Origin: a virus | Taxonomy: Duplodnaviria > Caudoviricetes | Direction: 5' to 3' (one strand) | IMG/VR virus record: IMGVR_UViG_3300018083_000037 | Coordinates: 1 to 53,190 of that record | DNA: 53,190 nt | Part shown: positions 47,789-53,190 of the stretch, one piece after another | How the letters are laid out: each line of letters opens with the position of its first letter | Numbering within the stretch: position 1 is the first letter of the stretch | Program-made: the position numbers and the translations under genes | The notes under the pieces: model-generated | What the model saw: the letters and a program-made list of their open reading frames with translations, nothing else | Told to the model about the DNA's origin: nothing | Database searches by the model: none

Positions 47789-48222
47789 GTAAATGGACCG
47801 AAAAACATCTCCTTGGATTGGTCCACGATCGCAAGATCAAAGGATATCATATTCCGCAAAGGCAGAAAAATTATTCCGGAAATCAGCAAATAAATATTCC
47901 ACGGGAAAAGCCAAAAGGCCTGGTATGGCTGGAATGGAACCTGTTGTATTGGGGTAATGAACGATCACTGCAGCTGGAGCAGGAACATCAGTTTGACCAG
48001 CAAAGAAAGTGGCGGTTTGATTTTGCTTTTCCAGCTATTAAGATCGCCGTAGAATATGAAGGCGGAATTTTTATGGACCGCAGTGGACACAATTCCCACA
48101 CCGGAATCCAACGCGATATCGATAAGTATAACCGGGCCCAGGCGCTTGGGTGGAAGGTGATCCGGTGCTCGGCGAAGGATTATACGACGGTACCGAGAAC
48201 TTTAAATGATCTCGTGAAATGA
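47785..48222 (+). CDS. PD-(D/E)xK (DUF559/Vsr-like) nuclease
   Basis: 'RKWRFDFA...IAVEYEGG', 'DKYNRAQALGWKVIR'. Confidence 0.8.
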   Translation: MSKWTEKHLLGLVHDRKIKGYHIPQRQKNYSGNQQINIPREKPKGLVWLEWNLLYWGNERSLQLEQEHQFDQQRKWRFDFAFPAIKIAVEYEGGIFMDRSGHNSHTGIQRDIDKYNRAQALGWKVIRCSAKDYTTVPRTLNDLVK

Positions 48223-48605
48223 AAACGATAGAGCAACAAATGTCGGATAAGTGCATTCATTTCAATGGGATAATGAATGAATGTTGCAAGGCGGGGATAA
48301 AATATGCAGACGTAAGATCAATCGATAAGCCGTACAGATTCCCTTGTTTGAAACAGGGAGGTTCATGCGCCAATAGTCAATTCAGGACACCAGAAGAAGT
48401 TGAAAAGAGAATAGCAGAAATGGAGGACAATAGTATCAAAGTTTTAGGCGCCTATTTGAAAGTGAAAGATCACAGTGAAAAGACAAAACAGGATCATGGC
48501 AAATTACCGTGTGAATGTGGCGGGGAATTACATTACGCTGTTGCTCAGGGAAACGGGCATATCCGCGTGAAGTGTTCAGTTTGCGATATTGCATTTATGG
48601 AATAA
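48219..48605 (+). CDS. Cys-rich hypothetical protein
   Basis: Multiple Cys motifs. Confidence 0.6.
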   Translation: MKTIEQQMSDKCIHFNGIMNECCKAGIKYADVRSIDKPYRFPCLKQGGSCANSQFRTPEEVEKRIAEMEDNSIKVLGAYLKVKDHSEKTKQDHGKLPCECGGELHYAVAQGNGHIRVKCSVCDIAFME

Positions 48606-48617
48606 AAAATTATAATC

Positions 48618-48938
48618 ATGACAGCATCATTCACAGGAATTTCAAAAGTAACGCTGGAGCCAAATCCTGATGGAAAAAGCAGCCGGCATATCGCTACAGA
48701 CTTCAGGCTCGAGGTTTCAAAGAATCAGGAGAAAAAGATATTTCTTGATTTTAATGACCGTCCAAAAAAAGAAGGAATAAAACCGTTAACGATCGCTTTT
48801 ATCCACGGTCTTGTTGGTAATATTCACCTGGCCCACGAGAAAGGTTGGTGGGACAGCGCTGAACACCTTAGATATATCATTGATGAACTGACAAGGGGAT
48901 TTGCCTCCGTTGCTAAAACAAGCGAAGGCGAAATGTAA
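48618..48938 (+). CDS. Hypothetical protein
   Basis: 106-aa ORF. Confidence 0.6.
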   Translation: MTASFTGISKVTLEPNPDGKSSRHIATDFRLEVSKNQEKKIFLDFNDRPKKEGIKPLTIAFIHGLVGNIHLAHEKGWWDSAEHLRYIIDELTRGFASVAKTSEGEM

Positions 48939-48946
48939 TTTCCCGG

Positions 48947-49366
48947 CTATATAATTTTAAAGAGTTGAAGAAGATTGTAAATAAAGGCGAGGACACCGGC
49001 AACAGCAGCAAGCCACCAGTATTTATTTTTCCGTCTTATTTCTATGATCTGTTGTTGAAGCAATGTCAGGCTCAAGTCTTCCTTAATATTTTCCTTTTCT
49101 TTTTTGGCGTCCAGTTTTTTTACAAATTCAGCAATACCAGACTTAGCTACTTCCCTTCCCTCAGTCGTGCATATGTAATTCTCATTGTGGGTTTTTACAA
49201 TAAGGCTGTTATTTACAAGAAAATCAAATCCTTCTCGTATGGCGACTTTATTATCCTGCCAATGGGTATCCATTTTAATCAGGGTAACATAATTGTTGAC
49301 CCCAGGATAAAGTTCAGCGAGATGTTTCAGGATATTATCAGCAAAATCAATCCAGGTAGAAGACAT
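48947..49366 (-). CDS. Antisense moron-like protein (wHTH-like + C-terminal TM)
   Basis: AT-rich; 'YICTTEGRE' wing motif; hydrophobic C-terminus. Confidence 0.55.
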   Translation of the reverse strand: MSSTWIDFADNILKHLAELYPGVNNYVTLIKMDTHWQDNKVAIREGFDFLVNNSLIVKTHNENYICTTEGREVAKSGIAEFVKKLDAKKEKENIKEDLSLTLLQQQIIEIRRKNKYWWLAAVAGVLAFIYNLLQLFKII

Positions 49367-49395
49367 ATTTTTTTTAAACAAGTTATAATTTTTAC

Positions 49396-50025
49396 GTGAA
49401 AGAAATACCAATCCTATTCAGCACCGCGATGTGTCAGGCTCTGATTGCCGGTAGGAAAACAATGACCAGGCGGATGGTAAAGGGCACACCTCTTAAATGG
49501 CTGGATGACTTTACTTCAGAGTATGTAGCCATGCCGGAGAATAGTCTATGTCCCTACGGAAAGCCGGGGGATCTCCTTTGGGTAAGGGAAAGCTGTCTGT
49601 TTCTGCAATCGCAACCAAAGTCCGGATGGATATACAGGGCAGATGGTCACGACGATATTGACGAAGCATTGAAGCGGGAACGCTACCGGTGGCGGCCATC
49701 AATCCACATGCCAAAAGTAGCAGCACGTATCTGGCTGGAAGTAACCGATGTCAAAGTGGAACGGCTGCAACAAATTAGTAAGGAGGAAGCGATCGCGGAA
49801 GGCATCCTACACGACGAGATTGGGTTCAAAGACTATGATATGGCAATGGCAAAGGGATATGGGCATCCTGATTATGATTATCAACACGTTCAAGATGCGA
49901 AATTATCATTCAAATCGCTGTGGCAATCAATAAATGGTTGGGAAAGTTGGAATATCAATCCTTGGGTATGGTGTGTGTCGTTCAAAGTGCTCAGTACGAC
50001 AGGGAAGCCACAACTAAAAGTATAA
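49396..50025 (+). CDS. ASCH/PUA-like phage protein
   Basis: 'PILFS..M..AL..GRKTMTRR', 'CPYG.PGD.LWVRE', 'WRPSIHMP', 'NPWVW'. Confidence 0.8.
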   Translation: MKEIPILFSTAMCQALIAGRKTMTRRMVKGTPLKWLDDFTSEYVAMPENSLCPYGKPGDLLWVRESCLFLQSQPKSGWIYRADGHDDIDEALKRERYRWRPSIHMPKVAARIWLEVTDVKVERLQQISKEEAIAEGILHDEIGFKDYDMAMAKGYGHPDYDYQHVQDAKLSFKSLWQSINGWESWNINPWVWCVSFKVLSTTGKPQLKV

Positions 50026-50189
50026 ATTGACAACCAGGTTAACGAATCCTAAAGGTTGGCGTGACAACGATCGTTGTCATAAGCCATGAGTTATAATGAG
50101 ATAGCTATTATCAACACCACGTGACAAAATTCTGCAAGCAAGAATTTTGTTTTTATGGCTCAGTAGCCATAATATTGAGTTTAGAAAAG

Positions 50190-50260
50190 TGGAGCTGGAG
50201 GGAGTCGAACCCTAAAGGTGACCCGCGCCAACGAGCACTGCGACCTCTCGCACCAGCCCC
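50190..50260 (-). ncRNA. 71-nt tRNA-Ala/tmRNA-like element (non-canonical)
   Basis: GGGGCTG/CAGCTCC-A acceptor stem with G3:U70; AGGG-TTCGACT-CCCT T arm; non-canonical D and anticodon arms. Confidence 0.55.
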
Positions 50261-50272
50261 GCTAATCAACCC

Positions 50273-50303
50273 AAAAGTCGCATCACACGTGAATGCGGCT
50301 TTT
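50273..50303. terminator. Bidirectional hairpin terminator
   Basis: AAAAGTCGCAT-cacacgtga-ATGCGGCTTTT. Confidence 0.7.
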
Positions 50304-50583
50304 GTCATTTGCAATAATATCTAATAGGCTTTTATATTTCTTTATTCAAATATTAACAATGTGTGGATAAGAGGATTTGACATGATGTAAATCATTGCAC
50401 GGCAATTATTAATGATTTTTTTCACATTTGGATAAGTTTAACACATTTTCACATTATTCTGTGCATTTCCCTCGCTTCTATTTCACCACATTCAAAGCCG
50501 CCGGAACGTTTGTAACTAACGCCATAAATCCCACTTTCTCCCACTTATTGACATTGTAAAAATTACATTGTAATTAAAATAAT

Positions 50584-50591
50584 TACATTTG
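50584..50591 (+). promoter_or_regulatory. -7 box upstream of terS
   Basis: TACATTTG, 8 nt before ATG 50600. Confidence 0.6.
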
Positions 50592-50599
50592 GGTTATCT

Positions 50600-51073
50600 A
50601 TGGGAGGCCGGACAATCGGACACAATAAAAAAGGGAAAAGATCAAAAGAGAAGCAACAGGCTGATTTTTTGGCTCGATTTTCCACCTTAGCATCGGTTTC
50701 AAAGGCTTGTAAATTATCAAGGGTACCACGATCAAATATTTACGATTGGTTAAAAATCGATACACAGTTTAAACAATTGTACGATTTAACCGCCGACCAA
50801 GCTTTGGGTGCACTAGAAGATGAAGCCGTTCGGAGGGCTTTCGAGGGAACAAACAGGCCTGTTTTTCAAGGTGGCAAGAAGGTGGGTTTGATAAGAGAAT
50901 ACTCAGATACACTTTTGATCGTGCTTCTTAAAGCCAGGGCTCCAGAAAAATATAAGGATCGTATGTATCAGGAACTTACTGGAAAGGGAGGCGGACCAGT
51001 GGCCACCGAATTAAAGATCATCAATATTGCTTCAAAAGTTCCTTTAGCCCAGTCCGAAGAAGAAATCAAGTAA
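50600..51073 (+). CDS. terS: Terminase small subunit
   Basis: HTH, 'LEDEAVRRA.EG', 'YSDTLLIVLLKA..PEKY', 'ELTGKGGGP'. Confidence 0.85.
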   Translation: MGGRTIGHNKKGKRSKEKQQADFLARFSTLASVSKACKLSRVPRSNIYDWLKIDTQFKQLYDLTADQALGALEDEAVRRAFEGTNRPVFQGGKKVGLIREYSDTLLIVLLKARAPEKYKDRMYQELTGKGGGPVATELKIINIASKVPLAQSEEEIK

Positions 51074-52270
51074 ATGCTTCAGACAACTATTGTTTACGAT
51101 AGTAATCTACATTCAAAGAAGAAAAAGAATGTAAATCAAGGCGGAACAAGCTCGGGGAAAACATATAGCATACTACAGGTGCTTTTTATCCTGGCAATTA
51201 AGGATCCCGGATGTATTATCACTGTAGCCGGTCAGGATATACCCAACTTAAAAAAAGGGGCCATCAGGGATGCTCACAGGATCGTTCAATCATCAAAGAC
51301 AATTGAAAGTCACATACTATCTTACAATAAATCAGACCGCATTTATGAGTTTAAGAATGGCAGCATCATAGAATTCAACTCATACGATGATGAACAGGAT
51401 GCGAGAAGCGGTAAACGTGACTACCTGTTTGTGAATGAGGCAAATGGTATCAGTTATGAAATTTACTTCCAATTATCAATCCGAACCAAAAAGAAAGAAT
51501 TCCTCGACTATAATCCTACGGCTAAGTTTTGGGTGCATGAAAAGCTTATTGGTAATCCAGAAGTAGCGCTGTTTATTTCTGATCACCGCCACAATCCCTT
51601 CCTTTCCGCGGAGCAGCATCATGAAATAGAAAATATACCAGATGAAGAACTATGGAAGGTTTATGCCAGAGGGATGACCGGAAAGATCAAAGGGCTGATC
51701 TATCCTAACTTTAAAATCATTGATGAATTCCCTTATATCCTTCCTTCGGTCTTTGGCCTGGACTTCGGATTCAACCACAAAACAGCGCTGATCGAAGTGG
51801 CTAAGGACTCGGACCGGTTGTTTTGGCACGAATTGATTTACCTGACGGAGCTCACCATCGGGGACCTGATCCAATTAATGAAGGAATTGAACCTGGGAAG
51901 AAAAAAGATTTATGCCGATCATGCCGCTGCCGATAAAATTGAAGATTTGAAAAGGGCGGGGTTTAATGTTCATAAGGCCGATAAGGATGTTCTGAACGGG
52001 ATTGACTTTGTAAAGCGAAATCAATTATACATCACCAAAGGATCCACCGGGCTGCGCAAAGAAGCGATCGCCTACAAATGGAAAGAAAAGGATGGTGCGC
52101 AGCTAGATGAACCAATAAAGTTTAACGATGATGGAATGGATGCTGGCCGGTACGGCAGCTATAGTCATTTCAGAAAGCAAGGCCAGGTGGTTGTCGGAAC
52201 AGGCGGCGGACCGGATCCAAACGATTTCAACGATGATCTTGCTAATTATAATCCTCTCGATTACATATAA
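51074..52270 (+). CDS. terL: Terminase large subunit (PBSX-like)
   Basis: 'QGGTSSGKT', 'FVNEA', 'DYNP', 'GLDFGF', 'DDGMDAGRY'. Confidence 0.95.
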   Translation: MLQTTIVYDSNLHSKKKKNVNQGGTSSGKTYSILQVLFILAIKDPGCIITVAGQDIPNLKKGAIRDAHRIVQSSKTIESHILSYNKSDRIYEFKNGSIIEFNSYDDEQDARSGKRDYLFVNEANGISYEIYFQLSIRTKKKEFLDYNPTAKFWVHEKLIGNPEVALFISDHRHNPFLSAEQHHEIENIPDEELWKVYARGMTGKIKGLIYPNFKIIDEFPYILPSVFGLDFGFNHKTALIEVAKDSDRLFWHELIYLTELTIGDLIQLMKELNLGRKKIYADHAAADKIEDLKRAGFNVHKADKDVLNGIDFVKRNQLYITKGSTGLRKEAIAYKWKEKDGAQLDEPIKFNDDGMDAGRYGSYSHFRKQGQVVVGTGGGPDPNDFNDDLANYNPLDYI

Positions 52271-52413
52271 AAAACAAGCCCACCGATAAAGATCGGCAGG
52301 CTGTAAATACTTAGTTAATCAGAAATCGTTTAAAACTGTTCTGCACACAATGTAATTAAAATAATACTCTTTGTAGTGAAATAATTTCTACATTTGACAA
52401 ACTCTTTCTCCCA

Positions 52414-53043
52414 ATGCCTCAACCTGTGCAAGACTCTTTGGCACTCATTCAACAGTGCCAAAAGGATGTAAACCAACTGCTAACCGGCCCAAAATTCTCA
52501 ATGATTTTAGTGGAAGTCAATACTCGATTTGAGTTCATTAAAACGAAACTAAATCTAACAAAGGCAACGCTGGAACCGGAAACCCTGGAAAAAATTAACA
52601 GCACAAAAAGGTTTCAACCAATAACCCATATCAAGGGCAAACTAATTGAACGGCCAAAACATACCAAACGCGAAGCAATAGCAGCTGATATGCCTTACGT
52701 GGCCATCCTGCGGGAGAAAGGACAGAAGTTGTACGACAATTTCGTGGATATGAAGCCTGACGTTATCCTGCGGGATTTCCGGTCAAAGGAAGGCCAGGAC
52801 GTGATCAGGACCGTGGCTAAGATGGCAGGCCTGGAAGATTTTAAAGAGGCAAAGTTGACAGTTCCATATATGGAAGAAATAGCCCTGGCGATCATGGAAA
52901 AGGAAGACGGGAAGGAAAAGCAGGAGAAGTTTAAAGATGATCTGAATAAATCCAAAGTAACCGTTGGTAATCCTGACGAAGAAGAAACTACGCAACCGGC
53001 TGACACCGGGAAATCCAAAAATAATGCGGCCAAAGCAAAATGA
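52414..53043 (+). CDS. Hypothetical protein
   Basis: 209-aa ORF preceded by TACATTTG (52389-52396). Confidence 0.6.
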   Translation: MPQPVQDSLALIQQCQKDVNQLLTGPKFSMILVEVNTRFEFIKTKLNLTKATLEPETLEKINSTKRFQPITHIKGKLIERPKHTKREAIAADMPYVAILREKGQKLYDNFVDMKPDVILRDFRSKEGQDVIRTVAKMAGLEDFKEAKLTVPYMEEIALAIMEKEDGKEKQEKFKDDLNKSKVTVGNPDEEETTQPADTGKSKNNAAKAK

Positions 53044-53190
53044 GGGTAACCATAAATGATAAAGAAATTATCATTCCCTCTTCGCTGTCTGAAATAACCA
53101 TTGGCCAGCGCATAGAATTTCACAACCAATACGGCCGGCAACTGGATGAAATGCTGGACAGCATCCAGCAGATGAAGGATGAATACTTTA
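53040..53190 (+). CDS. 5' part of a gene running off the window
   Basis: ATGA-coupled; MRVTINDKEIIIPSSLSEITIGQRIEF... open to the edge. Confidence 0.55.
   Translation, partial: MRVTINDKEIIIPSSLSEITIGQRIEFHNQYGRQLDEMLDSIQQMKDEYF

Larger units (their letters stand above)
1..53190. mobile_element. Temperate tailed phage genome (partial, excised/attP form), probable Bacteroidota host
   Basis: Terminase, portal, capsid-like, lysis, integrase+attP, cI/cro, RecT and DnaB modules; no host housekeeping genes; phage genes on both sides of the att core. Confidence 0.95.

Noticed and set aside
50190-50260. Canonical tRNA-Ala or full tmRNA
   Set aside because: No standard D loop or 5-bp/7-nt anticodon arm, and no room for a tag ORF; kept only as a tRNA-like element
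83-53141. Numerous short antisense ORFs in the track
   Set aside because: They are shadows of well-supported genes on the opposite strand or in another frame

Overview
This window is most of a temperate tailed-phage genome, cut inside genes at both ends. The host is probably Bacteroidota (inferred from TAnnTTTG -7 promoter boxes, AT-rich leaders and Q-after-cleavage signal peptides). The order is: capsid/tail-tube/portal/adaptor genes; a block of signal-peptide proteins (a fibre-like protein and two domain-permuted glycoside hydrolase-PKD paralogues); a lysis region containing an outer-membrane beta-barrel; a ~9 kb glycosylation/methylation cluster (gmd, short DegT, FkbM, GTs); a tyrosine integrase next to an intact attP (3' half of tRNA-Leu(CAA) flanked by arm-type repeats, so this is the excised form); a cI/cro switch with operators; recombination genes (SMC-like ATPase, RecT, MBL); ParB proteins, initiator, DnaB; and terminase. 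The best-supported standout is a compact diversity-generating retroelement inside the recombination/replication operon. One 75-nt TR (38850-38924) matches two VRs in two tandem ~15-17 kDa genes, and every substitution is at a TR adenine. No avd is recognisable, and a 100-aa ORF overlapping the RT end is a candidate alternative accessory protein. A 71-nt tRNA-Ala/tmRNA-like element sits antisense just upstream of terminase. All family calls come from reading motifs by eye; no database searches were run.
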